Origin: Ostreococcus lucimarinus
Taxonomy: Eukaryota
Direction: 5' to 3' (one strand)
DNA length: 64,000 nt
Assembly: GCA_000092065.1 (NCBI GenBank)
Contig: CP000586.1
Position 1 is the stretch's first letter, and the number at the start of each line of letters is the position of its first letter. The translations under genes were made by a program, and so were the position numbers. The notes beneath the pieces are model-generated. The model saw only the letters and a program-made list of their open reading frames with translations, made no database searches and had not been told where the DNA came from. Shown one piece after another: positions 1-11,433 of the stretch.

Positions 1-1511
1 TCGTACGAAAGTCGTTCGACTTCGACAGACAAGTTCGCAAACCACAGCCGCAAGTTTTCGTCTTTCGCGTTCCTGCTCAATCCAGCGGTACCACCGAAAT
101 ACGCGCTAAGCTCCTTCATTCGTTCTCCGGCTTCGTGTTTGCACTTTTCCCACAGCTCGTGCTTGCCGCTCAAGAGCGAGGTATAAATCTTCTTCAACTC
201 GTTCTCCAATTCGGCGCAATCTAAGAGCAAATCTATTATGTTTTCTTTGCTCGGCATGTAAGAAACGAGGGACGATACTGACTTGTGGGTGGTCAAATTG
301 TGTAGAAGTACGAAACGCGCCACGACGTTGGCGTCGCGAACGACATTCATGAGCACTTTTTCATTGCTCAAAACGAATTCCTCGGTGAGCACACCTTCGG
401 TGAGGTATGTTTTGAACGCCGTTTTCAATTCACCGACGCGCGTTGACGCGTTATCGATCAATTCCCTCGCCGCCTTGGGCGTCACCGCGTTACGCATGGC
501 CGTCGACGCCGCTTCGTACGGTTCCCATTCCGTCAACAAATCCACTGTCAACCCAGCGCCGTAGGCGACGACCCAGTTATCGGCGTAGTGTCTGTCTACG
601 ATTTCTCTCATCGCCGACGTCCCTCTATTTAAGATCTTGGGCGCCCAATACAATATAATGTACAACAATCCTCCCTGCGCGGCGAGCGCGGTGGAGCGAT
701 GATCCGGATTCGGGTAGTGCGGAGCGTGATTATACACGTCATCCGTTCGCAATCGCCCGATCACCATATATATAAGCCACTCTGGCATTTCGAATCTCGC
801 GAAATATAGCTCCGGGTACCCCTCCGGTCGCGTTTTCCGCGCGGCGTCGTATCCCGTCCGCGCGCAGAGCGTCACGATTTCGTCCGCGTTCGCGATGTCC
901 TCGCTCGCCCCTCTCATGCGATAATACGCCACCACCATGCGCTCGCGAAACCGCCAATCAAACTTTGCATCTAATATCTTCAAAATAACCCCGAACATCG
1001 CGATCGCTTCGCACACGTACTGCCTCCCGTCCTCGTCGCTCAGAATCTTTTCCCACGTCTCGCTCACGTACGTCCCCTCCGCCACGTCCTCCGCGAATCG
1101 CACGAAATCCTGATGCCACCGCACGACCGCGTCGAACGCGTTCCAATACCGTTCAAACACGTGTCCATAGCTCCCGCGCACCTCCTCGTCGAGTTCATAC
1201 GTCGATCCATCCCTCGCCGCCGCGTCCTCCGCGCGTTCCCGCGCGTCGAAGTATTCGTAATCAAACAACACCCTCGCGAACTTCGAGTCCTCGCGCGACA
1301 GCGCCCTCGGCGCGTTCTCTCCCAATCGCAGCAGTTCCGCCGCGAGCGCCTGCGCGCGCGCGACGAACGCGCACGCGCTCCGCGTCGCCGTGCGCGACGT
1401 CCCCGCGGTCGCATTCGCTTTCGCGTTCGCATTCGCGCTCGCGCGCGCGTTCGCGCGCCCGTCGCGCGCGTCGTCGCCGTCGCGCGCGCGCGACGCGTCC
1501 ACCGCGTCCAT
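1..1511 (-). CDS. WASHC5: WASH complex subunit 5 (strumpellin), N-terminal ~500 aa; the gene continues past the window start
   Basis: I translated the minus strand by hand (codon frame with low coordinate = 0 mod 3) and found it open from below position 1 up past 1700. The product aligns collinearly with human strumpellin (AELLRLGENAP; MVIGRLRTDDVYNHAPHYPNPDHRSTALAAQ; REIVDRHYADNWVV; LWEKCKHEAGERMKELSAYF..NENLRLWF). The first in-frame ATG upstream of the conserved region is at 1511-1509 (MDAVDAS...). The track omits this ORF because it runs off the window edge. Confidence 0.8.
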   Translation of the reverse strand, partial: MDAVDASRARDGDDARDGRANARASANANAKANATAGTSRTATRSACAFVARAQALAAELLRLGENAPRALSREDSKFARVLFDYEYFDARERAEDAAARDGSTYELDEEVRGSYGHVFERYWNAFDAVVRWHQDFVRFAEDVAEGTYVSETWEKILSDEDGRQYVCEAIAMFGVILKILDAKFDWRFRERMVVAYYRMRGASEDIANADEIVTLCARTGYDAARKTRPEGYPELYFARFEMPEWLIYMVIGRLRTDDVYNHAPHYPNPDHRSTALAAQGGLLYIILYWAPKILNRGTSAMREIVDRHYADNWVVAYGAGLTVDLLTEWEPYEAASTAMRNAVTPKAARELIDNASTRVGELKTAFKTYLTEGVLTEEFVLSNEKVLMNVVRDANVVARFVLLHNLTTHKSVSSLVSYMPSKENIIDLLLDCAELENELKKIYTSLLSGKHELWEKCKHEAGERMKELSAYFGGTAGLSRNAKDENLRLWFANLSVEVERLSY

Positions 1512-1940
1512 CGTCGCGCGCCCGCGCGCTCGCGCGACGCGCACTCCCGCGCGCGAACGCGCGCGAACGCGCCCGCGCGCGACCCATCGGCGAACCTCGC
1601 GATCGACGTCGCGTCGAACCTCGCGCCGTCGATCGACGTCGCGACGTCGATCGACGCGGGTCGTCGATCGATCGCGCGCGCGATCGCGATCCGACGGCGA
1701 CGACCGCGACACTTCGCGACGACGCGCCGAGCGACGACGCGCGACGGCGACGGACGCGCGACGGCGCGAGCGGCGAGGGTTCACGCGCGGCGCGCGCGCG
1801 ACGACGCGACGAGGCGACGCGGCGACGGAAACCGATCGGCGACGGCGACGGCGCCGAGGCGCTGACTTTGGCGAGCGCGCGTCGTTGACTCGATCGCGCG
1901 ACGCGAAAGACGCGACCGACGGACGCGAGGGAGAGAAAAG

Positions 1941-3524
1941 ATGACGGCGACGATGGCGGGGGAGCGGTACGTGGAGAATAAGCTGAAACACGACGTGCGG
2001 GTGTCGAACATGACGGCGGCGAAGAAGCTCGCGGACGCGATCCGAACGTCGCTCGGGCCGAGAGGCATGGACAAGATGATGGTGAACGCGAAGAACGACG
2101 TGACGATATCGAACGATGGAGCGACGATATTGAAAACGATGGACGTGACGCATCCGGCGGCGAAGATGCTGGTCGAGCTGTCGAAATCGCAAGACATCGT
2201 GGCGGGGGACGGGACGACGAGCGTGGCGGTTTTGTGCGGGGCGCTGTTGGATAAATGTATCGGATTGTTAGGACGAGGCGTGCATCCGACGGTGATTTCG
2301 GACGCGATGTCGACGGCGTGTGAGAAGGCGTGCGAAATTTTGGAGGGAATGAGCGATCCGGTGGATTTGAATGATCGCGAAAGTTTGATTCAGGCGGCGA
2401 CGACGAGTCTGGGGTCAAAAGTCGTCGCGCAGTACTCGAGCTTGTTGAGCCCGATTGCGGTGGATTGCGTGCTCAGAGTGCTCGACCAAGAGCGGCCGAA
2501 CATGGTAGATTTGCGAGACGTGAAGATCGTAAAAAAGGTCGGGGGCACGATGGACGATACCGAGTTGGTGGACGGCATCGTCTTCGACCAAAAGCCGAGC
2601 AAGGCGGCGGGCGGACCGACGAGAGTGGAGGACGCGAAGATTGGTTTGGTACAGTTTTGCATCTCCCCGCCGAAGACGGACTTAGAGAACAACGTCATCG
2701 TAAGTGATTACACGCAGATGGATAAAATTTTACGCGAAGAGCGCAACCACATCATCGGTATCATCAAGAAGATCAAGGCGAGCGGTTGCAACGTTCTCTT
2801 GGTGCAAAAGTCAATCTTGCGCGACGCGGTGTCGGATTTGGCGCTCCATTACTTGGCCAAGGCGAAGATTTTAGTCATTCGTGACATCGAGCGCGAAGAA
2901 ATTGAATTCATCAGTAAGACGCTTCACTGTCAACCGGTGGCGCACGTCGATCACATGACGCCGGATAAGCTTGGTCACGCCGCACTCGTGAACGAGAAGC
3001 AGTGCGGAAACGGCAAGGTTGTCCAAGTCACCGGTGTCGAGAACATGGGTCGTACTGTTTCAGTCATAGTTCGCGGTGGTAATCAGCTCGTCGTCGAAGA
3101 AGCCGACAGATCGCTTCACGACGCTCTGTGCGTCATTCGCTGCTTGGTGCAAAAGCGATTTTTAATCGTCGGCGGCGGAGCGCCCGAGGTTGAAATGTCC
3201 CAAAAGCTCGGCTATTGGGCGCGCACGCTAAGCGGGATGGATGCCGTCGCTGTGAAGGCGTTCGCTGAAGCTTTAGAGGTGGTTCCGTACACATTGGCTG
3301 AAAACGCTGGTTTGAACCCGATTGAAATCGTCACCGAGTTGCGCAACGCTCACGTCGCCGGCAACGTGCACCACGGCATCAACGTTCGCAAGGGAACGAT
3401 TTCCAACATGAAGGAGGAGAATGTGCTCCAACCTTTGTTAGTATCAACGAGTGCGCTTTCCTTGGCGACTGAGTGCGTTCGAATGATTCTCAAAATAGAT
3501 GACATCGTGCCAAGCATGAGGTGA
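1941..3524 (+). CDS. CCT4: T-complex protein 1 subunit delta (CCT4), 527 aa, single exon
   Basis: ATG at 1941 confirmed. The product is collinear with human CCT4 along its whole length ([40 protein letters not shown]). Confidence 0.95.
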   Translation: MTATMAGERYVENKLKHDVRVSNMTAAKKLADAIRTSLGPRGMDKMMVNAKNDVTISNDGATILKTMDVTHPAAKMLVELSKSQDIVAGDGTTSVAVLCGALLDKCIGLLGRGVHPTVISDAMSTACEKACEILEGMSDPVDLNDRESLIQAATTSLGSKVVAQYSSLLSPIAVDCVLRVLDQERPNMVDLRDVKIVKKVGGTMDDTELVDGIVFDQKPSKAAGGPTRVEDAKIGLVQFCISPPKTDLENNVIVSDYTQMDKILREERNHIIGIIKKIKASGCNVLLVQKSILRDAVSDLALHYLAKAKILVIRDIEREEIEFISKTLHCQPVAHVDHMTPDKLGHAALVNEKQCGNGKVVQVTGVENMGRTVSVIVRGGNQLVVEEADRSLHDALCVIRCLVQKRFLIVGGGAPEVEMSQKLGYWARTLSGMDAVAVKAFAEALEVVPYTLAENAGLNPIEIVTELRNAHVAGNVHHGINVRKGTISNMKEENVLQPLLVSTSALSLATECVRMILKIDDIVPSMR

Positions 3525-3709
3525 GCGGGCGTGGCGACGACGCTCGAGCGGCGGCGGGGCGCGGCAATTAGACGACATTTAATACCAGGCGAGCGAGCTT
3601 GAGGTCACGACGTTCGATTCGATCACGAATTTGTGAATTATTTATTGCACGCTAATGCATATCGCTAAGAAGAATTAACCAATCTCTACAGGGGTCGCGC
3701 GCGACACAT

Positions 3710-4649
3710 TTACGCTTCCTCGAGCATGTGCGCCTTGTGCGTAGCCGCCTTCACGTCCGCCGTCACATCCGTCGGGTTTTGCGCCGCGTGCGGGTGATCC
3801 GCGCCCGCGTACACCTTCAAATGCGTAAACGTCTCCCGTCCCATGCGGTTCTTCGGCAACATACCCTTAATCGCCTTTTCAATCACTCGCGCCGGTTGAC
3901 GCGCGTGCAGGCTCGCGTACGTCTCCTCCTTCATCGACCCCGGCTTACCTCTGACGCCGAGCGTGTAGTACAACTTTTGGTTCGCCTTGTTCCCAGTCAC
4001 GACAATCTTATCGGCATTAATCACGACCACGTTCACGCCCATGTTAAACGCCGGGGTGTAGCACCCAGAGTTCCCGCCTCGCAGGTACGTCGCCGCCACC
4101 GTGCTCAGGCGTCCGAGTCGCAACCCGGCGGCGTCGATCACCACCCACGGTTTACGAGACGCGTCCGCGTCCTCACCCTTGGGGTAATACGTCGTGTTAA
4201 ACACGTCACGTCCGAGTTTCTCGGCCGTGACCCCGAGCTCCGGGGGGAGCGACCCGAGGCTGTGACCGCGAGTCTGCACGCCGCATCGTCGTCCCGGCGA
4301 GGGTTTCGCGGCTGCGCATTCGAAGCGACGATTACGTCGCGCGGCGTCGTCAGTCGACCGTCTCGAGCGTCGCGAACGACGCGCATTCGCGCGAATATTT
4401 TTTTCTCGTCGTCGAGCGTCGGCGCATCGCGCGAGGCGCGTCGCGTCGCGTCGTCGTCGGGCATCGCGCGCGCGCGAAAAAGCCCTACGCCGCGGTCGAG
4501 CGCGGCGTCGGGATTCGCGCGCGCGCGCGGCGTCGAACGACGCGCGACGCGCGCGCGGACGGGCGGGAGATGGCGAACGTACCTTGTTGGCGCTTGGGCG
4601 CGGCGGTGGGCGCGCGGACGGGCGCGAGGGAGGCCATCGTGGCGTACAT
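3710..4649 (-). CDS. RPL13: Organelle-targeted (probably chloroplast) bacterial-type 50S ribosomal protein L13; join(3710..4311,4583..4649) on the minus strand, 222 aa
   Basis: The mature region (RKPWVVIDAAG..YYTLGVRGKPGSMK..KGMLPKNRMGRETFTHLKVYAG) matches bacterial L13. The track ORF 3710..4696 begins with GTG and has no in-frame ATG before the conserved domain. An upstream minus-strand ATG at 4649 (MYATMASLAPVRAPTAAPKRQQ) ends at a consensus donor AAG|GTACGT (exon ends 4583). The acceptor ..tgcgcag| at 4312 restores the L13 frame with phase 1. The spliced N-terminus MYATMASLAPVRAPTAAPKRQQAAKPSPGRRCGVQTRGHSLG.. looks like a transit peptide. Confidence 0.7.
4312..4582 (-). other. Predicted 271-nt spliceosomal intron of the L13 gene (GTACGT...CAG)
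   Basis: The donor at 4582/4581 follows exon 1 base 4583. The acceptor AG is at 4313/4312. Reading frame is only restored across this junction. No other AG in the right phase upstream of the conserved domain gives an L13-compatible frame. Confidence 0.6.
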
Positions 4650-4771
4650 GTCGTCGCGAAGTGACGTCGAGCGCACCGAGGGTTTAGTGAGTGCACGGAT
4701 GGCTGAGGTTGGATGCGGGCGTCGGCGACGACGGCGCGGGGAGGCGAACGCGTGGGTAATACAAAGCGAGA

Positions 4772-6853
4772 CTAGGCGCTGGGAGACTCCGCGCGCTCTG
4801 CGTTGCGACGACGGACCTCGAGATGGACGAGGAGTGAGCTGACGTCGGCGGGAGTGACGCCTCCGATGCGCGAGGCTTGGCCGATGGTGGCGGGGCGGAC
4901 GCGCGCGAGCTTCTCGCGCGCCTCCATGCGGAGGGTGGAGATGGATGCGTAGTCGACGTCGTCGGGAATCGGTTTGCCGAACTTACTCGATTCACGCTCG
5001 ACTTGAAGCTCTTGGCGCTTGATGAAGCCGGAGTACTTGACTCGGATCTCCACAGCCTCGGCTTCCCAACGCGTGAGGGGGGCGTCGACGTTGCCTTGGC
5101 CGAATTCTTCGAGCATGGAGTACGGGACTTGCGGGCGTCGTAAGAGCTCCTCCAAAGTGTAACTTTGACGGGAACCCGAGCCTGAGACATCGAGCGCGCG
5201 TTGACAAAACTCATCCTTGACGTTCAAGCGCGTGCTTTGCAGGCGCGCCATCTCGTTATCCACCGCGTCGCGCTTCTTCTCGAATTTGGCCCAGCGCGCA
5301 TCTGAAATCAAACCGACCTCGCGGCCGAGCGGGGTGAGGCGCATGTCCGCGTTATCGGAACGTAACACCAACCTGTACTCGCTTCTTGAGGTCAACATGC
5401 GGTAGGGTTCTCGTAAATCCTTTGTGCACAAGTCGTCGACGAGGGTGCCGAGGTACGAACCTTCTCGAGGAAGGATGAGTTCTTTCGCGCCGTTGCTCGC
5501 ACCACCCTTCGCCAACTGCGCGGCGTTGATGCCCGCGAGAAGACCTTGTGCCGCGGCTTCTTCGTAACCCGTCGTACCGTTGATTTGACCGGAGAAAAAC
5601 AAACCGGAAATCTTTTTCGTCTCGAGCGTCGGTTTGCACTGGTAAGCGGGCAAAAAGTCGTACTCTACAGCGTACGCAGGTCTCAGGATTTTGCAGTTCT
5701 CCAACCCAGGAAGTGTGCGCAAGAGCTCGAGTTGCAAGGTTTCGGGTAAGCCCGTGCTGAAGCCTTGCACGTACACCTCGGGCACGGTTCGACCTTCGGG
5801 CTCGAGGAAAATTTGATGGCTCTCCTTGTCGGCGAAGCGCACAATTTTGTCCTCGATCGACGGGCAATACCTCGGCCCTTTCGCCCCGACCCATCCGCCG
5901 TACGTAGGCGTTTCTAATAAATTATCTTGAATCAGTTTATGCGTCGCCGCCGTCGTGCGCGTCATGTGACACGCCATTTGCTCGCGAACGACGTGCGCAT
6001 CCTCGTCAAAGGAAAACCAACGCATGTCCTCGTCCCCGGGTTGTTCCTCCAAGTTCGTGTAATCGATCGACCGCGAATCCACCCTCGCGGGAGTGCCAGT
6101 TTTCAAACGATCGATCTCGAACCCAATCTCTTGTAAATACTCCGTCAAACCTTCGCTCGGCGCCTCGCCCGCGCGTCCAGCAGCGAGCGTCTTTCGCCCG
6201 ACCCAAATTTGCCCACCCATGAACGTCCCCGTCGTCAGCACCACCGACGGCGCCTCAAACTCCATACCAAAGTGCGTTCGCACCCCTCGCACGTCATCGT
6301 TCGTTCCTAGGACCAATTCCGTCACCATCCCTTCCCGTATGCTCAGATTCGGCTCCGCCTCGAGCGTCGTTCGCATCTCTCGCGAATACTCCCATTTATC
6401 CGTCTGCGCGCGCAGCGCCCACACCGCCGGTCCTCGCGACGCGTTCAGCACTCGTTTTTGTAGGTACGTCTTATCGCTGATGATTCCCATCGCCCCTCCG
6501 AGGGCGTCGATCTCGTGCACCAACTGCGACTTCGCCGGTCCGCCGACGGCTGGGTTACACGGCTGCCACGCCACGCGGTCGAGGTTGAGCGTCAGCAGCA
6601 GCGTCGACGCCCCCGCGCGCGCGCTCGCGAGGGCGGCTTCGCATCCGGCGTGTCCGGCGCCGACGACGATGACGTCGTAGCGCGCGTCCGCGGGCGGGCG
6701 CGACGACGACGCCGACGCGCGCGCGACGACGACGCGGCGGCGATTGGGACGCGCGATGGCGACGACGGCGCCGCGAAGCCGCGAACGAGGACGCGCGACG
6801 AGCGTGGACGCGGACGTCGACGGCGCGCACGGACCGCGCGCGGAGACGACCAT
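4772..6853 (-). CDS. MTO1: tRNA uridine 5-carboxymethylaminomethyl modification enzyme MnmG/GidA (MTO1-type, organelle-targeted), 693 aa
   Basis: ATG at 6853 confirmed. FAD-binding motif [15 protein letters not shown], then the conserved GidA core ([44 protein letters not shown]) and the C-terminal GidA-associated domain. There is a ~50-aa Arg/Ala-rich presequence. Confidence 0.9.
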   Translation of the reverse strand: MVVSARGPCAPSTSASTLVARPRSRLRGAVVAIARPNRRRVVVARASASSSRPPADARYDVIVVGAGHAGCEAALASARAGASTLLLTLNLDRVAWQPCNPAVGGPAKSQLVHEIDALGGAMGIISDKTYLQKRVLNASRGPAVWALRAQTDKWEYSREMRTTLEAEPNLSIREGMVTELVLGTNDDVRGVRTHFGMEFEAPSVVLTTGTFMGGQIWVGRKTLAAGRAGEAPSEGLTEYLQEIGFEIDRLKTGTPARVDSRSIDYTNLEEQPGDEDMRWFSFDEDAHVVREQMACHMTRTTAATHKLIQDNLLETPTYGGWVGAKGPRYCPSIEDKIVRFADKESHQIFLEPEGRTVPEVYVQGFSTGLPETLQLELLRTLPGLENCKILRPAYAVEYDFLPAYQCKPTLETKKISGLFFSGQINGTTGYEEAAAQGLLAGINAAQLAKGGASNGAKELILPREGSYLGTLVDDLCTKDLREPYRMLTSRSEYRLVLRSDNADMRLTPLGREVGLISDARWAKFEKKRDAVDNEMARLQSTRLNVKDEFCQRALDVSGSGSRQSYTLEELLRRPQVPYSMLEEFGQGNVDAPLTRWEAEAVEIRVKYSGFIKRQELQVERESSKFGKPIPDDVDYASISTLRMEAREKLARVRPATIGQASRIGGVTPADVSSLLVHLEVRRRNAERAESPSA

Positions 6854-7070
6854 CGCGCCGGCGTCGAGGTGTGCGGGACGCCGCGCGCGGCGACGAGGCG
6901 ACGAGCGGGACGGAGAAAAAGAAAAGACGCGATAAATCCATGATTACGTGTGTTTGTGTTGCAGAATCGCTCGCGTGATGGATAACGAAACTGGGCATGC
7001 GGATGGTGCGCGAAAAGTCGTCGCGCGTCGAGTCGCGCTCGACTCGACGCGCGTCTCGCGTCTCGCGCGT

Positions 7071-7523
7071 TTATCGCTTGCCGGCCGCCGCCGCCTTCTT
7101 CTCAGTCTCCTCCGTCTTCTTCACGCCCGCGAAATCGATGTACTTACCGTTGCAGTACGCATCGGTCTTGTACCACTTGTGCCCGAACTTTCCGCCGTGA
7201 TCCATCGGGTCGCCGTTCATCTTAAACTTGCGCAGGTTGCTCACTTCGCCCTCGATCAAGCCGAGGTTCACCGCCATTTGAACCGGGTTCAACGTCCCCG
7301 TGACGAACGGCAGGAGCAACGCGCTGATGGCGCCGACGCCGACGACGATAATCGTCGTCCCGACCGCGACCGCGCCGGAGTATTCCGGTCCGAACAAGTC
7401 GCCCGCGAACGCCGGGTTCGCGAGCGCGAGCGCGAGCGCCGAGCTCGTCGCCGCCGCCGCGCGTCGTCGCGTCGTCTCCACGGCCGTCGCGCCCGCCTTC
7501 GTCTGCGTCGCGCGTCCATCCAT
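7071..7523 (-). CDS. Small single-pass membrane protein with a transit-peptide-like N-terminus, 150 aa; family not recognised
   Basis: ATG at 7523 confirmed. Ala/Thr/Arg-rich N-terminus, one hydrophobic helix (AVAVGTTIIVVGVGAISALLLPF), and a basic C-terminal tail (HGGKFGHKWYKTDAYCNGKYIDFAGVKK). Confidence 0.55.
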   Translation of the reverse strand: MDGRATQTKAGATAVETTRRRAAAATSSALALALANPAFAGDLFGPEYSGAVAVGTTIIVVGVGAISALLLPFVTGTLNPVQMAVNLGLIEGEVSNLRKFKMNGDPMDHGGKFGHKWYKTDAYCNGKYIDFAGVKKTEETEKKAAAAGKR

Positions 7524-7545
7524 CAGTCATCGCTTCGTTCGTTCG

Positions 7546-7575
7546 TCGCGTCGCGTCGCGTCGCGTCGCGTCGCG
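7546..7575. repeat. (TCGCG)6 pentanucleotide microsatellite in the divergent promoter region between 7071..7523 and 7858..8544
   Basis: Read directly from the sequence: tcgcgtcgcgtcgcgtcgcgtcgcgtcgcg. Confidence 0.9.
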
Positions 7576-7857
7576 TCGGTCCGTCGCGTTCGTTCGCGTC
7601 CGCGTTCGGTCCCGATCGCGCGCGTCTCCCCGTCGCGTTCGTTCGCGTCGTCGCGCGCACCTCGACCGCGCGCGTCGCGGTGGATCGGCGCGTCGCGCGC
7701 GCGCCGCGCGCTCTCGCGACGGGCGCGGGGCATCTGGCGGCGTTCAGCGCGAGCATGTCGTCGTCGTCGCGGTGTGCGGATCGCCCTATCCACGACGTCT
7801 GTGGGCAAACAGTGCGCGGGGTCGACGCCGGCGTCCCGCACACCGCGACGACGATCG

Positions 7858-8544
7858 ATGGCGACGGCGACGGCGACGACGGCGACGACGGCGCGCGCGC
7901 GAAGAAGCGGCGCGCGCGTCTCGAAGCGCGCGACGCGCGCGCCGGCGCGCGCGGCGCGACGCGTCGCGGTGACGGCGACGTCGACGGCGGCGGACGCGCT
8001 TCGGGACGGACGCGCGCGGTACGAGGCGGGCGATCGCATGAACGGGCTCAAGGCGTTCGAGCGCGCGCTGGAGAGCGAGGATGGGATGAGCCTCGAGACG
8101 CGACGGGAGCTGTGCTACTGCGCGATGTGCTGCAGCGCGGCGTTCGGGGACGTGGAGTCGGCGAAGATGTACCTGCGGGAGATGCAGGCGTGCGGGCTGG
8201 ACTTCGAGACGGCGATCGCGGATCCGACGATGATGAGGATGGAGTCGTCGGCGCTGATGAAGAATCAGTTGAAGAAGTTTGCGGCGGGGGAGGGGAAGTC
8301 GTTCGGGACGGTGCAGAGGGAACAGTATGAGCGGGATAAGGCGAACGCGGCGCCGACGCCGGCGACGAGCGTGAGCGGGTTGAGGGATTTGGAGATTAGC
8401 TCGGACACGGATGAGAGCGTGGAGGCGATCGTGAAGCGGGTGGGGATTTTGATCGTTCTTTCCGCGGTCGGGTTCGTGGCGCTGTTCAAGGGCGGGATGG
8501 GGATCATGGAACCGGGGTCGTTGCCGTTTGAGGAAATTTATTGA
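7858..8544 (+). CDS. Hypothetical protein with a transit-peptide-like N-terminus, helical/TPR-like middle and C-terminal transmembrane helix, 228 aa
   Basis: The track ORF 7300..8544 is antisense to the neighbouring gene in its first half. The first ATG past the divergent gene is at 7858 (MATATATTATT..). The C-terminus IVKRVGILIVLSAVGFVALF is hydrophobic. Confidence 0.5.
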   Translation: MATATATTATTARARRSGARVSKRATRAPARAARRVAVTATSTAADALRDGRARYEAGDRMNGLKAFERALESEDGMSLETRRELCYCAMCCSAAFGDVESAKMYLREMQACGLDFETAIADPTMMRMESSALMKNQLKKFAAGEGKSFGTVQREQYERDKANAAPTPATSVSGLRDLEISSDTDESVEAIVKRVGILIVLSAVGFVALFKGGMGIMEPGSLPFEEIY

Positions 8545-8647
8545 CGAGGCGACGAGCTCAAGTTTTTTCAATTACTGGTAGTTTGTTATAAAGAATATTA
8601 GTGCGCTCGCTGTGGCCTTTCTAAAGACATATCAACAATGCGTGCAT

Positions 8648-10930
8648 CTACGGGTTCATCGGCGGCGGCTTCGGTAACGAGGACGCGTCGCTGTCGGCGA
8701 AGTACTCTTGCAAAATCGAATTCCTCGACGGTTGCTTCAACTTTCGAAGAGCCTTGGCTTCGATTTGTCGAATGCGCTCGCGAGTGACGGAGAACACCGT
8801 CCCGATCTCTTCAAGGGTCTTCACGCGACCGTCATCTAATCCGTACCGAAGTCGCAACACGTCCCGCTCGCGCGGATTGAGCGTGTTCAGTACGTTTTCC
8901 AAATCCTCCTTCAACAGGGACTTGCCGCTCACCTTCTCTGGGCCCTCCGCGGTGACGTCCACGAGGGTGTCTTCGACGGTGCGTCCTTTGTTATCTCCAC
9001 CCATGGTCTGAGCCAGCGACACGGGCGCTTGCGCAGCCTTTTTAATCTGAGTAATCTTCTCCGCCGACATATCCATCTCTGCGGCGATTTCCTCCGTCGT
9101 CGGGTTGCGACCGTTATGCAACGCAAACTTTTGCTCCATCTTCGAGATGCGGGAGATGATTTCAAACAAGTGCACGGGCAAGCGAATCGTGCGACTTTGG
9201 TCGCTAATCGAACGCGTCACCGCCTGGCGAATCCACCAGTGCGCGTACGTACTAAACTTGTACCCGCGTTGGAAATCAAACTTCTCCGCCCCGCGAATCA
9301 AACCGACGCACCCTTCTTGGATTAAATCCTGGAAGCTCATGTTACTGTTGGCGTACTTCTTCGCGATGGAGACCACTAAGCGCAAGTTGGCTTGAATCAT
9401 CTCGTTCTTCGCCGACTTACCGTCGCGCAAACGCTGATGGAGCGCCTGCACGTTTAAACCCGCCGCCGACGCCCACTGGTAGTCGGTGACTTCGGCGCCA
9501 GGACCCGTCTCCTCGACGAGGTTTTCGCGAATGCTCTCCAAATGCATCAAATCTTGAATGCGCTTGGCGAGTTCGACCTCTTGACCGGCGTTTAAGAGCG
9601 TGACGGAACCGATATCCTTGAGATACGATCGCATGGAATCCGTCGCCAGGCGCTTGCTCGTGCGCGTCAACTGCTTGGACATCTTTCTCGGCTCGAGGTT
9701 GACGCCGCGCACGCGATCCTTGGATTGCGTTTGCACCATCACCGAAACCGAGGCCTTTTTCGGACGACTTCGCACGCCACGCGCGACGGCGCGCGCGCGC
9801 GCGCTTCGCGCCGCCAACCCTTCGGTGACGACGCCGTTCTCCGTCTCGTCCAGCGCGCTCTCATCTTCGCTCTGTGACACGCGTCTGATCGTCGTCATAG
9901 AAGATTTCTTCGTCCTCGCCGACGTCTTCTTCGTCGAGGACGCTTTCTTCGTCGTCATCGTGAGCTTTTCGCGCTCGGGAATATCCGCGCTCGCGTTCGC
10001 CGCGTCGTCGTCGATGAGCGAGCTCTCCAACCACGCCAACTCCTCCGCGCTCGCTCCTGAATCCCCCAACTTTTCCACCTCGGAATACAACGACCGCACC
10101 TGCGCCGCGAGCGCGTCCATATCCACCCCATCGAGCGAATCCATCGCGTTCGTCTCGTTGGACACGTCGTCCTCGCCGTCCATGCTCGTCTCTCGCGACT
10201 GCAAAATCGCCCGCGCTCGAACCGTCGACCGCTTCCGCCGCCCCACCGCGGCGCCGTACCCATCGTCGTACATCGTTTCATCGCACGACGACGACCCCTC
10301 GTCCCGTCCGCCGACGTCGTCTCGATGTCCTCGAAACGCGCGCGCGCGCGTCGCGGATAACCCACCCCCCCCAAACTGTTTGCCCATACGGGCGCGCGCG
10401 ATCGGCGCCGACGTCGATCGCCCGACGCGCGTGCGTTCGAACGCCGCGTGCGTTCGCATCGCCGCCGCGCCCGCGCGCCCGCCACCCCCGATCGTTCGCG
10501 CGTTATTCTTCCCACTCAGCGACGTCGCGCGCGCGCCCGAGCTCGTTCGCGCGCACGCGCACGTCGCGCGCATCGCCGCGATTCGCGAACGATTCCAGCG
10601 CGTCCCGAATGCGAATCGAACGCGCGCGTCGCGTATCGCCCGTCTCCCGACCGACGCGCTTCGACGGTTCGCCCGACGCCGCGACGCGTTCGACGCGGCG
10701 TCGCGCCTCGTCCGCGTTCGCCGATTCGCCCCGTTCGCGCGCGCGTCGCGTTCGCGCGCGTCGCCGTGTGCGCGCCGCGCGCGCGCGCGGACCCTAGCGG
10801 CCGACGACGGCGCTAACGACCGTCGATCCCGACGCGCGCCGTCCGGCGCTTTCGCGCGTCCGAATGCGCGTCCGATCGCGATGACGCGCGAGATAAATCG
10901 GATCACGATCCGTATGTCCGAATGACACAT
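8648..10930 (-). CDS. SIG: Plastid-type RNA polymerase sigma-70 factor with a long N-terminal extension
   Basis: C-terminal sigma regions 2-4 are present ([60 protein letters not shown]). The track start at 10960 is GTG. The first ATG is at 10930. The true 5' end (or possible introns) is uncertain. Confidence 0.75.
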   Translation of the reverse strand: MCHSDIRIVIRFISRVIAIGRAFGRAKAPDGARRDRRSLAPSSAARVRARARRAHGDARERDARANGANRRTRTRRDAASNASRRRANRRSASVGRRAIRDARVRFAFGTRWNRSRIAAMRATCACARTSSGARATSLSGKNNARTIGGGGRAGAAAMRTHAAFERTRVGRSTSAPIARARMGKQFGGGGLSATRARAFRGHRDDVGGRDEGSSSCDETMYDDGYGAAVGRRKRSTVRARAILQSRETSMDGEDDVSNETNAMDSLDGVDMDALAAQVRSLYSEVEKLGDSGASAEELAWLESSLIDDDAANASADIPEREKLTMTTKKASSTKKTSARTKKSSMTTIRRVSQSEDESALDETENGVVTEGLAARSARARAVARGVRSRPKKASVSVMVQTQSKDRVRGVNLEPRKMSKQLTRTSKRLATDSMRSYLKDIGSVTLLNAGQEVELAKRIQDLMHLESIRENLVEETGPGAEVTDYQWASAAGLNVQALHQRLRDGKSAKNEMIQANLRLVVSIAKKYANSNMSFQDLIQEGCVGLIRGAEKFDFQRGYKFSTYAHWWIRQAVTRSISDQSRTIRLPVHLFEIISRISKMEQKFALHNGRNPTTEEIAAEMDMSAEKITQIKKAAQAPVSLAQTMGGDNKGRTVEDTLVDVTAEGPEKVSGKSLLKEDLENVLNTLNPRERDVLRLRYGLDDGRVKTLEEIGTVFSVTRERIRQIEAKALRKLKQPSRNSILQEYFADSDASSLPKPPPMNP

Positions 10931-11433
10931 CGATGGGTCACGACTCGTCGCGACGTCCACATCTCGGCGATCGACATCTCGCGCCGTTCCCGACCGCGAA
11001 AAAGGCGAAAAAGTCGACGGGAGTTCGCGACGACGACGAGGCGCGACGACGACGCGCGCGACGACGCGCGCGCGCGGCGATCGAGGCGGCGAACGCGCCG
11101 CGTCGCGGCGACCGCGCGGCGTCGCGATCGCGCGCGACGGGGACCGCGAGGGAGACGCGCGACGGGACGCGCGCGCGGAGGGTCGAGGTTGTTGGCGGCG
11201 ACGCCGCGACGCGACGACGCGACGCGCGCGCGGGGAAGGGGTCGGACGCGAGGCGCGGGACGTCGATGTTCAGCGCGTTCGTGAGACGGCGGAGCAAGCG
11301 GGCGCGCGCGCGCGAGGACGCGCGCGATGGACGCGAGGGCGCGCGAGGGGACGGGGAGGGACGCGCGCGGGGACGCGCGGGCGCGCGGGGACGCGCGAGC
11401 GAGAGGACGGAACGACGAGGACGGGCGTGGACG

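Noticed and set aside
283-564. Track ORFs beginning with M at positions that are actually GTG/TTG/CTG (for example 283, 3710..4696, 10960, 20634, 25927, 29701, 29860, 35585, 40693, 47742, 53550, 59122, 59193, 63993)
   Set aside because: The ORF caller uses bacterial alternative starts and prints them as M. For a eukaryotic nuclear genome I re-derived starts as the first true ATG (or an upstream spliced exon) and moved coordinates accordingly.
1261-2418. 385-aa minus-strand ORF (and similar long ORFs 6948..8330 +, 7300..8544 + first half, 9600..10925 +, 10933..11265 +, 14335..14949 +, 20197..20662 +, 24885..25733 -, 26020..27141 -, 53100..53156 -, 53221..53880 +)
   Set aside because: All are Arg/Ala/Ser/Pro low-complexity translations lying antisense to, or out of frame with, well-supported genes (for example antisense to CCT4). 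High GC content removes stop codons from non-coding frames. None has a recognisable domain.
3545-3580. tRNA-like B-box (GTTCGATTCGATC) in the CCT4/L13 convergent spacer
   Set aside because: There is no matching A-box, no acceptor or T-stem complementarity, and no cloverleaf can be drawn. It is treated as chance similarity in a 3' UTR.
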